Source: Azolla caroliniana (taxonomy: Eukaryota; Plantae; Polypodiophyta). From it: DNA of 64,000 bases. The notes under the pieces are model-generated. The model worked only from the letters and a program-made list of their open reading frames with translations. It was not told the origin of the DNA and did not search any database. The stretch spans positions 1,860,001-1,924,000 of the forward strand of contig JBHGNT010000005.1 in the NCBI GenBank assembly GCA_043228905.1, given 5' to 3'. Numbering within the stretch: position 1 is the first letter of the stretch; the number at the start of each line of letters is the position of its first letter. The translations under genes and the position numbers were made by a program. Below, piece after piece: positions 25,479 through 37,275 of the stretch.

Positions 25479-28400
25479 ATGGTTGGCTTATTATTAGCCT
25501 TGCTCTTTGCAGTCTTCGTTGGAATCTCCATCGCCTCCCTCGCTCCACCTCTACTGCTTGCAATCCTTAAGGTCCCTCTTTATCTCTCTCTCTCTCAAAT
25601 ACACACACATTGCTAGAGTCCGTTGTGTGTCGATCTTCTGTTTCCTGCAAACTGAGAACTTATGTCCTTGTTATTCGCAGCACCTGTTTCGCTGCCCAGA
25701 TAGCTGTTCTTCTGGATCTTGCCATGAAAAACGATGCCGACATAATCTACCTTCTTCTCCTATAGTTGACGATGAATCCAACGAAATTGTTGAAGAAATA
25801 GATTCTTCTCCTCTTCTCTCTTCTTTAAATGCAGTCTCAAAGCCGGATCCCTTTGATCCATCTAAACGCAAAGGGTAAATTTCGCTGCGTATAATATATG
25901 TACTTTTTCTTTGCACACTCTCTAAATCTATCGACTTTCTAAGCATATAGATTCCGTCATCCCTCAGTTTGGATGCCATTTGTTGTTCATTTATATCTGT
26001 AGTGTATGTGTTCAGGATAGGTCATATTTTTGTTTTCAGCGGATGAAATGGAATAAAAATCTTACAAGAGAATACAGTAAATTTGTGGGAATTTAGCAGA
26101 CAATTGGCGTGTTTCACTTAAGGGCAAGTGCTGTCAAACCAAGAAAACAAAAACTTATGTCTTAACCCAGTTGAAGTGGGGGAATGAATCTCTGACCTAT
26201 GAATTATAGCAGAGAAATTGCATGTCCAGGTCTCATATCATGTTGTTTTATATTTTTTACTTGTTTATTTTATATATACCATAGTGTTCCAATTAAATCA
26301 TTCATTGGATTAAGGTCTGAGTTCGGTAAAATGGTGTGCTACCTGTTTCATTGTGCCCAATTCAAAAGGTAATCATTAATGCTTCGATGAATAACATGCT
26401 GTTGGCTGGAAATGATAACAGGTATTTGTCTTGGGATGATTACTTTATGGCAATAGCTTTCCTCTCTGCTCATCGATCAAAAGATCCCAATCGTCAGGTA
26501 TGTAGAATGTTTATATTAGGACATTTCCATCACATATGTTGCCATTCTTTATTGCATTTTTAAAGTTTTTATTAGAATTAGATTGCAAAATATTGATGGC
26601 CATATATGGATCACTATTTTGAGATATTCTCAAAGCTGTGTAATTGTTTTCATAAAATCAAGCTTATTCTTGTGGAAACTTGTAGGTTGGGGCATGTTTG
26701 GTGAGCCAAGACAGAGTAATTCTAGGTATGTTTATGAACTCATAATGTATCATGATTCCAACTTCATGCCAAATTTCTCTCTTTCTTTCTCAATATGTAA
26801 TATATGCATTTATACTTTAATTGAGACACTTTGATTGTTGCGGGTGGATGATTCATGACTCACCACACTCACTTTGCAACTGTAGGAATTGGTTACAATG
26901 GCTTTCCTCGGGGCTGCTCTGATGACGAACTTCCATGGGCAAAGGTGAAAACTTGACCTTATTGCTCTCTCAAAGAAAACCCAACTAACCCTTCTGCATA
27001 TATTTTATATGCTCTTTTGCTTTGGTTTTTTTGCAGTTGTCGGTTGATGGCGATCCACTTCAAACAAAATATCCGTAAGTTCAGATAGAAAGAAAACAGA
27101 TGCCTTACTTATCGAAGAAATTCATGATCAAGTGTGAAAGTAGTTTTGAACATGGGTACTTTGGTGTAGTAGAGAGGCACATCTCTCTGTTTTTATGCAG
27201 GTATGTGTGCCATGCAGAAGTAAATGCCATCCTGAACAAAAATCATGCTTCAGCTCGGGGCCAGGTATTTATTTTCCATGTGAAAGAACTCCCAAAATAC
27301 TTGAGTTTCTCATTGTTTCCCCAAATACTACTGTGTTCTTGTTGTCTCCTCGAAATTCCTTTGGCCACCCCCAAACAGAGCAGTTACATGTGCTAATTTG
27401 TACAAGTTTTATGCTCAATTCATCCCCTTTTTCTCTGTTTTGGGGCCTTGGCCAGGGTCATCTGTTTATTTTGCTCACTATGTTAAGGGGCTATACTCTA
27501 TAGTTTTTTATGTTATGATTTCAGGATTGTTTATGCGAGTTCTAACTCTTTATTGTTTTTCTAATGTGACAGCGCCTTTATGTTACAATGTTTCCATGCA
27601 ACGAGTGTGCCAAAATCATAATTCAGGTCTAGTGTTTTCTTCTTGTCCTTGACAAGTTCCTAAAAGATTTGAAGAGATTTATGAAATTCGTAGAGAACAG
27701 TTTTAAGCGTAATATAGAGTTTAAATTCTGTTCTTGGTAATCTTCTTCCCTTTTTTGCTCACGATTGTGGGTGCATTTCTCTAGGGCCCTTTTCTATGAG
27801 AAAATTGTGATGTGTAAAAATTGCAGCTATATATACAATAGATAGATTTGGTCAATGATTAGTAACTCAACGAAACACAATATGACCATTGAAAGCATTT
27901 GACTTACATCTCCATCAATTCATTTAACAAACTATTGTATGTTTACGTTATTATAAGGCTTAAAATTAAGGGCATAAGTATAAAGCTTGTCCTTTGTGAA
28001 ATTTATGACTTTTAAGTATTGTTATTACTACAAGCATGACCATAAATCATATTGTGGTAAGATTGTACCATAATATTCTATACACGTAGATAAAGTGTGA
28101 GGGTTAAACGAGAGTGTAAAGAAGGGAGGATTACTTTTAATCTTAAGAATTAAGACAACCCATTAAGGCCAAGTGTGAATTTGCCTAGGGTCCTTAGGTT
28201 TGGCTATAAATATGAGGCCTAGCTACCCTCATTTGAACATTATTGACTATGTGGAGACTCTGATCTTTTGGTGATCAACTCTTGTATCAAGTCGTACTTG
28301 GTGTTGGCATGCTCGTTACTCTTGTTCAAATGAGGGTAGCTAGGCCTCATATTTATAACCAGACCTAAGGCCCCTAGGCAAGTTTACACTTGGCCTTAAT

Positions 28401-29087
28401 GGGTTGTCTTAACCCCTAGGATTAAAAGTAATTCATCTTGCTTAACGCTCTCGTTTATGGTCATGTGTATAGAATATTATGGTACAATCTTACCATGGGA
28501 TAATTTATGGTCATGCCCGTAACAATTGTGCCATTGATTTGATTGTGCATTGATTACAGAAAGTTCCTCACGCACTAATAGTTTGCTCCTTGAAATATAT
28601 CATTATGTTTCGTTTTTCCCAACCCTAAGGATTAAGAGGAATAATCATTGGCTTAAGGAAATGTTAAATAAAGCAGATAAATTAAATGTTGTCTCAATGA
28701 TCTGCACTAAAAACCCTTAACCCTATTTTCATAATATATATCAGTTAGAACTTGGTCTATGATGTTGCATTGTTATGAAAACCTTTATTGAGTTCTTTTG
28801 AATTCTTTTGAATCAAGCATGATCATATCGATAACTGAGTGAAGCATTTTGCAGGCAGGAGTTGCTGAAGTGGTTTACTTTATTGACAAGAACTCTTCAT
28901 TAGATTGCTCGTACCTGGCATCACAGAAGCTGCTGTCATTGGCAAGGGTTAAGGTTAGTATGGATTGCTTATTCTACAACATCTCTTAGTACTTTGTATG
29001 ATGTACATCGTATTTGCATATCTTGGACTATTTTAGGTCTGGCAACATCAACCTGGAAGAGAAAAGATCGTCTTGGAGTTCAAGTAG
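25479..29087 (+). CDS. DCD: Deoxycytidylate (dCMP) deaminase; 10 exons: 25479-25571, 25681-25874, 26422-26497, 26686-26725, 26886-26944, 27037-27074, 27201-27264, 27573-27626, 28855-28953, 29037-29087 (~255 aa)
   Basis: Motifs [38 protein letters not shown] and zinc ligands CHAEVNA and FPCNECAK. Hydrophobic N-terminus. Splice phases are consistent. Confidence 0.93.
28026..28524. mobile_element. Foldback / long inverted-repeat element (~210-bp arms, ~80-bp spacer) in intron 8 of dCMP deaminase
   Basis: 28026-28239 is the imperfect reverse complement of 28323-28524. Shared blocks include ATAAATATGAGGCCTAGCTACCCTCATTTGAACA and TAAGACAACCCATTAAGGCCAAGTGT. Confidence 0.85.
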
Positions 29088-29842
29088 CTATCAGTGACAT
29101 AAAGCTATCAAAATTCCTGCTGGTTCTAGCATTAGTAAATACTTGTCGAAGGGACTTCACACAGATTTAGTGGTATGAAGAGCGAAAATGCACTTCTTTG
29201 TATGGATAAACATATCAATTGATTGTTGCAAGTTCACGCAATAAAATGCTGGTTATAATTGTTTCATTCATGCCAGTAATCAATAAAATGTGTTCTGCAT
29301 GTATCATGTATGAAGTCAACAAATTGATAATATTAGCCACAAATAATATACTTGTCCCCTTCTAGTGGATCAACAATCATCACATAAAGCTAAATGCTAA
29401 TTAAATGGATAATAAAACTAACAATCATGGTGAAAAAGGTCAGGTGATACATGCAACCCATACTGAATCAATCATCACTCAAAGCTAAATGCTAATTGAA
29501 TATATAATAAACAGTTTAGCATTGTGAACAAAAAAATTTCGAATGTTTATTGTTAAATATCTACATAATGCATGATCACAACAATAGTATGCAATAATAA
29601 AATCTCGTATTATATTTGAAGTGCATGGTATATTTCAACATTCACCATGTACTGTTGTAGTATACAAAATTAGAACGTGTTCCAAATATGAATCCCACTC
29701 ACAAATGTCATTATGTACAAATATCTCTGCCTTCTCTTTACATTACAAGTTACCGCTTCTGTACTCGTCTACTGCATTAATATCCACAGTCTAGTATTAC
29801 AAATACAAGTAGCTACCGTCGTGATGACAAGAAACCAGGCAG

Positions 29843-30061
29843 CTAGGGCTTTTCAACTAGGGCAGCTGCATATTTTGCTTGATGTTTCTTCTGCAACTTC
29901 ACTTTAAAGGATGCCTACATGAAAATCCCAGTAAATGAGTTCTATATCATCTATCCAGCATGTATATATGTGCCAGTTATATCACAACTTGTACCTCAAA
30001 TTGATGAAGTATGTGTACTTTACTTTTAATTTTGATTCTTCTATAGAGACACTGGACAGTG

Positions 30062-30104
<43 letters not shown>

Positions 30105-33100
30105 CTTGGCATCAGTTCCAAATCCAACAGTATATCCTGGTCGTAACCGTTGAGGAATCAATGAAGTCAATCTAAAGCACCGTCCTTCAATACTGCAATC
30201 ACATAAAAAACATGTTAAAGTCATAAGAATTTATAATACAGGCAAGGACATGAGTTAACATTCTTTTATGTGTCTTTCTCTCTCTCCACTACTCACTCTG
30301 TGATCCACGTGCCATAAGCACTTTGGAGATCTACAACATAAAAGGCTCCTTCTCGGAATGTGATTTGAGCATGCTTGGTCGATACCTGAGCACCAAAATA
30401 CTTATTTCTGAGTTAAAACATAAATGCAAACCACTGACCAAATTCCACATTTTCACTTACACCCGGTGCATCCACCACCACATAATTCCCCTCTGATTGT
30501 TCACCAGGGGCATTACTGCATGAATTAAACTTCATCAAAATTGGAACACATTTCTTTATCTGTGACATGAAGCAAATATTCTGAATGAAAACACACCTTA
30601 CTAAAACTGAGCAGTTTTCTTCTTGAAATAACTGTATACCGCCAGCACCAATAACATTGATTTGAGACATCATAACATTGGCAGGAGCCAAATACCATCT
30701 ATGCAGAGGATTTCAATAGAATAGGATAAACAAACATTCATTCTGATAGCAAGAACCTTATTCTAAAGCTGAAAAACCTAAATTTTGACAGTGTGCATAC
30801 TCGGCATCAGTTGCTCGCTCTAAAGCATCATCATCTTTGAACCATTTCCTTAAGTTGCTATCAGCCTGAAATAAACACTCCATTGGTTACAATAGCAGTG
30901 AAAACAAAGATTTATATACTCATACATACAGAGGTCCATTCACACCTTATCGCTGAGCCTACAGCTGGGTACTCTGCCATCCAATTTTGCACTGAAGAAT
31001 TCAAAATTGGCAAAAATGAGCTCTGTTAAAATCACGTTGTTCTCCGTGATAACTATTAAACGTCAATATTGCACAGTCCCTTTAGAGTGCAAGGCCAGGT
31101 ACTGTATAACTAGAGTAATTTAAAAGCAGTTTATTTGAAATTGCACACAAAATGAGCTATATCTTAAGATGAATGTTTAGAAGGGCGTGTTCCATTCCTC
31201 ATGCAAGTGCATCATTAAGATAGTATATATGAATTGCAAGTTTTTAGAAGATTTTTTATACCTATTTCCACCAAGAACCCAGTCAAGCATTAATGGCATG
31301 AATATACTGATGAAAAACCTCCCTCCTACTCGCCCAGGATGAGGTATCCTCAAATTTGTTAGAAACTGAGGGAACATTCAATAACGCACCATATATCACT
31401 TATTTAAGTCAAAGCAAGGGAAATACACTTAAATAAGCCCTATACATCCTTAATTCACCTCTAAAGGTCCAAGTCCCACACCCAAATAAGGTTTGTATGT
31501 GGAGGCCATTATAGCAGCCATGCGAGCCATGCCATGAATTGCACCAACCCTCAAAACCCTTTCATCTTCATACCTGAATATATCCAACAAACCATGAGGA
31601 AACTTCATAACATTTGCCACTAAACTTCTGGGACATGCACGTATTCCCTTTGCAATACTTTAAAGCAGCAATAATGTTTCAGCATATGAATAATTTGTTT
31701 ACCTCTTCAAAACAGCAGACATGTCGACGAATCTATTGTCTTTCAAGGATTGCTTCCATTCTTTCTCAAGTTCAAGTGAGAGTTGGTAAGCATCCTGCAT
31801 AGGCAAGTTAACATGTTAGAGAAAGCCGAGTTCGCCTAAATCTGACTCAGAATATGTCTCCACAAAATCAATTTCAACGTTAGGCCACGGATACAGAAAA
31901 TCAGCCCTCTATCTAGCATATTTGAAACACAAGCAACTAAGTGTTGGTTCTCATAGTGCTTGAAACATGATACGTTTTGTCCTCACTATCAATGTGTGCT
32001 TCACAGATGTAGTGCTATATTATGCAATTCCCCATTAAGGCAAACGTTTGTCACCAGCTTGGACAAGGGATAAATACACTGTATGTGCTGACGTAGCACA
32101 CATAAAAAGTGACGATCATCATCTCAATGGTTGGACACATGGATTCATCGGTCCATCTCAATTAAATGTATCTAATGAGATTTATGTCCATTTCATCTCA
32201 TACATCTACATGAGGTTTGTATGTCAACATAACTAAAATTCAATATCTATCTATTTATTTATCTATCCATGGGATGAAAGACGGTTTATGTTAAAACAGC
32301 GAAAGTGTGTTACCTCAATGGCCATGCATCCTCCTTGCCCCAAGTTTGGTTGCATTGCATGTGCTGAATCGCCAAGAAGTGTTGTTCGTCCTCTACTCCA
32401 ATTAAATATGGGAACCCTATCAAAGATATCCCTACGAAGTATCAGCTCCTCTGGTGTTGCAAGAAGTAAATCCTTCACACCATCACACCAATTTGCAAAA
32501 AGCTGCAGTAACCTTTCCTTCTTTTCTGCACACAAAGTTCAATATTCTCATCTGCTTACATACTGTGGGAATGCTCTCTCATGTATGAGTGTCTACTTAA
32601 AAGCTAATCCAGAAGAGATCAATTGATGCACAAATACATGTCAATGGAAAAGTTTCTCAGCATACCTCCGGAGTCGGTTCCCCCAGCAGGCTCATTGTAA
32701 AATGCATACCACTGCATTTTACCGTAGCCAACATCTGATGATACAAAGTATTGCTTATGACCTAGATACACACGATACCTATACCAAGAACCAAATATCT
32801 CAGACTAAACAAAACAGTAAATTCCAAGAAGACTGATAATATGAGTGTGTGTGTGTGTGTGTGTCTGCATGCATATGTGTATTCATGTATTTCTCTATTC
32901 TTTTTACGAGGAGCAGTAGATGTTTCTTAATGGAGCAATTCTTAATATAATACCGTTCCTTGAATTCAATCTTGAGTCTAAAAAACAGTTTCTGTGTTTG
33001 GATGTATGTGGCTGTATACTTGAGTTTCCGTAAACTTAATCTGACGATTTAACATGAGGCATGAATCTGAAAAAACATACCCTACTGTCTCAATATCGGG

Positions 33101-33947
33101 AGGGATAAAATCAGCAATTCCTGTGTAACAAGTGTAACCAGAGTATGTTGCCTCACAAGGTCCAAGAAGTTTGGTTCTTACCTGTAATGCAAATACAAGA
33201 ATAGCACTAGGCAAAGTTCATACACATTTGGAAACAGAGTGAGACATTCAAACTTTATTCAAACAGAGAGAGGAAAACCCCCGAGTTGAAACTTGGTTTA
33301 ACATTGATTTATTTTATCTACCTACCAGAAGGAGATATATGGAAACTTCTTCCAAAATGGGGAGGGGATTTCTCCACATTTCTGACTTAAAATCCGTTGT
33401 TAAACACTCTAAAATGGTGATTTAAAAATATTCATAACTACACTCCGGTATCACATTCACAATGGTGATTCTATGGTACAATCAATGCGTAATAGAATCA
33501 TGATTATGGGATCTTAGTGGATATTTTACTAACCTTAGACCAGATCCCATCAGCACCTACTAATAAATCACCTTCCAGCTTTCTTCCATCTTCTAATTCA
33601 ACTGTTACCTGTCATCAAAGTTTGATGGGTAATTCTCTTACAGTAATCAGAAAACTTGATAAGGGAAAATCAGACTTTTTGTGGGGTTTCTGCCAACCAG
33701 GAAGTTAAATTGTTCCCCAAATGCCCTTTATGATTTTATTATTATTGCAAAAATACCATTGTTCAACCACCTGAAATTAGAGAAATTATATGCGCTAATT
33801 GAGCAAATAATATGGTCAATTAATCACCACTTTTTCTCTCTCTGTCTTGTTGAGGGAAATATGGGAAAATCAGAGGGCATTAGAGCGAATAGGAACTGAA
33901 TTTTGGAGCTTCATTTCCCTTCACAATAGTCAGGAAAGCTTCAGACA

Positions 33948-33979
<32 letters not shown>

Positions 33980-35041
33980 GAGAATAATTAAAAGTTAAAA
34001 TTTGTACACATACTGTGGTTCCATCATCTCCGAAATCTATGACGTTGCTGCTATTTTCTATGATTTCAGGTCCGACAGCTTTTGCCAGGATCTGTTGCAA
34101 TGTCATCCGGCTGATCACTCTCGTCACTGGAAGGCCTTTTTCCGCGGCGGGAGTGAAGGTATCAAACTTAATATACCTGAAAAACACACAAGAAACAAGA
34201 AAGAGGAAGCCATGAATGCTCATTTTACATATCTAAGTACATAAATATATATGTAGCACAGAAGGCCGAAAATGAAGAAGACATGGTGGTATATATATAC
34301 ATAATCATATACCATCATAAGGATCATCATCATTTTTTATGTGCAATTTATTATGTACCAGTCTCCACTGAGGCCATCTACTAGGCCATTGATGCGGTCT
34401 CCGGTGACACAACCTTTCTCCATGATTTCTTCAGCCACAGATGCATCCACAGCCTCAAGAGCTGCGAGGGCATTGCTCTGTATCTGGATGGGCCCCCGGT
34501 ACTGCCCTTCTCCCCGAATTGCACTCAAATCCCTCTCCAACACCTTGACAGACATACCCTTGTTCTTGGCTGCCAAGGCTAGCACTAGGCCGCCGATACC
34601 CCCGCCTGCGATGATTATACGTGGAGGATCGAGCTTCCCTGGTGCTGTCCATGGTGTTGATGATGATGAATCGAGACCCGATGGTATTGGTGGTGATGAG
34701 CCTTCTTCTTCTGCTGCTGCTTCTCTACGATTAGCAGTTGCCCCTCCATTGTAACCGCTAATGTTGCTGTTGCAACGTATTAGGGATTTGGCTATCCTGT
34801 GCGTATGATGATAGCGGCTATTCGTAGCTGATTTTGCAGGAACTACTGTGGTCATGGCTGCGGAGGAGCTGGCATGGCTGTGAGGCCTCTTAAGATGAGG
34901 GTTGTAGGAGAGATCGAGGAGAGGGGGAGGACAGGCCTGCAGGTTAAGAGCAGAAGGGAAGCTGAAGGAATGATGATCGTGAGTTAGATGGCAGCAAGAA
35001 GGAGCCCAAGCAGAAACGGACGGAGAAGAAGGGGAGGCCAT
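29843..35041 (-). CDS. ZEP: Zeaxanthin epoxidase, plastid FAD monooxygenase with C-terminal FHA domain; 16 exons: 35041-34359, 34176-34014, 33608-33534, 33181-33081, 32778-32666, 32525-32314, 31794-31703, 31573-31459, 31365-31262, 30991-30946, 30865-30801, 30698-30597, 30515-30461, 30385-30297, 30192-30105, 29914-29843
   Basis: Ser-rich transit peptide. Motifs IIIAGGGIGGLV, RGEGQYRGPIQIQSNAL, LLVGADGIWSKVR, LLGDSAHAMQPNLGQGGCMAIED, and FHA-like VSTKHAQI..DLQSAYGTW. All junctions are GT-AG and in phase. Confidence 0.97.
30064..30102. repeat. (GA)n microsatellite in the last ZEP intron
   Basis: Directly visible. Confidence 0.9.
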
Positions 35042-35184
35042 GGGCAGGCAGAGAGAGAGAGAGGAATTGAGAGAAAGCTGCTTCTGTTTTGGCGATGGCG
35101 AAGGCCTCTGCTACAGAGAGAGAGAGAGAGACGTTTCTGTTCTGCTCTGCTCTGCTCTGCTCTGCTCTGCTCTGCTCTCGCCCG

Positions 35185-35223
<39 letters not shown>

Positions 35224-35249
35224 GATACAGAATAAATCCAAGCCCGCCG

Positions 35250-35386
35250 ACGTGGCGGCCACGTCAGCCCCTCCTCTCTGACGTGGCCAGCCCTCCCCGG
35301 TGCTGAGCTGGCGTGGGGAAATCTGCGCAATCTACACGTGGCATCTTCTGGGAGGCTCTGCATGCCGGGGAGCCCGTCCACGTGGC
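35250..35386. promoter_or_regulatory. Cluster of five ACGTGGC (ABRE/G-box) motifs in the ZEP promoter
   Basis: ACGTGGC at 35250, GCCACGT at 35258, ACGTGGC at 35281, CACGTGGC at 35335 and CACGTGGC at 35379, 210-345 bp upstream of the ATG. Confidence 0.8.
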
Positions 35387-35470
35387 AGCAGGCTATTGGC
35401 CAAGGCGGCTGATATTTGTTTTGATTTTGGTTTTATTTATTGGTGTGGAGCATTCCCCACCACACATCCA

Positions 35471-35514
<44 letters not shown>

Positions 35515-35621
35515 CACTATATATACATATATGTATATCATATATGTATATATATCTATGTATATCTCGTATACATACATATTGGTAATAATAGGCCCCC
35601 CCTCATCCCCATTGTTTGTTT

Positions 35622-35657
<36 letters not shown>

Positions 35658-36497
35658 TTCATGGCATGTATATATTTGGAGTGACATTTCTTGCTTTTTA
35701 TAGTTACTCCACTGTTGTATTGAATCCATTCATTAATATGTTTCATGCTTTTCATTAATTTAGACATACAAGATAGAAGAGACATTCTACATATATAGGA
35801 AAAAGAAGTTTCGAAACCTAAAGTCTTCCATTACTATTGGAGCTCCTTCTCATTAGGAGGTCACACTATATTAGACCTCTCACAAACGTTTATGCACGAA
35901 TATTAATAATATGAACGCACACATTGTTCTATGTACACACAAAGGATAAGCCTTCCAAATTGAATATTCATTTAACTTATCGGTTTGTCAATGATAGGAT
36001 AAACGTTCTTTATGTAGTCAGTCAATTAAGGAAACATGTTTCTTAATAGTAGACCAAAACCAACCATGATGATCTTAGATTTTCAATGGATCTTTATTAT
36101 TTATACTTACAAGGAATCCCACCATCTCTTGTGATGCAATTAAGTGCATTAAGTTGAAACACATAAAGGAAGATCTCACAAAATATTCCCGAAATATGCT
36201 TGGTTATATGCAAAATTGTGAAATTATGTCGTTGGTCAAAGTTGAAGGGTCCCAATTTCTTTGGGATTGGGACTCCCATATTATAACGAAGCATGCCAAG
36301 TTTGAAATAGAGAAAATCACAACATTGTGTGCGGCAATGATTCAACTTAAGGATATAAGGAGTTGTGAGATGCTTAGATGAAAGTGGAAAGGAAAACTAA
36401 AGAACTTTTCGAGGAGAGCCTAGTCCTTGGTTGAATGACATTTGATTTACCTCAAATCAATTATCCTAGGATTTGGGATGAACCCATATAGAACTAT

Positions 36498-36568
36498 GAT
36501 AATGGGACTAGCTACCCCTTCATTACGGCATCTTGAGACATTATTGAGACTCTATTGGTAAGGCTAAG
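36498..36568 (+). repeat. Dispersed repeat fragment, copy 1 (copy 2 at 50229-50302)
   Basis: GATAA.GGGACTAG.TA..CCCCTTCA.TA.G.CAT.TT.AGACATT.TTGAGACTCTATTGGT.AGGC.AAG is shared by both loci. Confidence 0.75.
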
Positions 36569-37275
36569 TTCTCTTCTCTCATTTCCAATGAATTACCTCA
36601 ACATCTAAGCATGCCAATATGTTGTCATGATCCTTTGGCATAAAATACTTAGAAAGAATATATTATAATTGAGTAGTTATTAAACTTCTTGTCATTTGCT
36701 TGCTATAAGTACATCCTGAATTATGGGCATTTGCAGAATGTTTAAATAGCTTTTTATTTACCTATCAACAATGATTTAATAGACAGTGTATCGGTTGTGT
36801 AGATACCATACCATTCAGCCCTTTCTCTAAATCATGTTTGAGCCAAAAATCTTGAATTTGAGCTACAAACTTAATAATCATGTTCTGAAGTTTAGAGCTT
36901 TGTAAGACAAAGGTCACATATTTTCCATGGCTTATGTAGCTTCACATGGATTTAACATACTTAATTTCTGAGGACAAAATTAATGCTTGAGAGTAGTTTG
37001 TGGTTAATTTTGCTAATGCTTGACAATCGTACAATATAATAATGTGTTGTAGAACTGTAGTTCTGATTTAGCTCAAATTGTCTTGTTTCTAACAAATCTT
37101 AGTGATTATTGGTACATGTGACGCACGTGCTAATCCAAGTTCTTTTTTTGCTTATCTAAAGTTGTATCTTTTCCTGTCAATAGATTTATATGGGAGCCTC
37201 CTGATGATAATAACATTGATTATCTTTACTATGTCACACAATGCCTTTCTGTAGATTCCAAACATTTCCAAATAA

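Noticed and set aside
25025-25570. Poly-Ser, poly-Arg and poly-Leu ORFs
   Set aside because: Translations of the (GAA)24 tract. The real CDS most likely starts at 25479.
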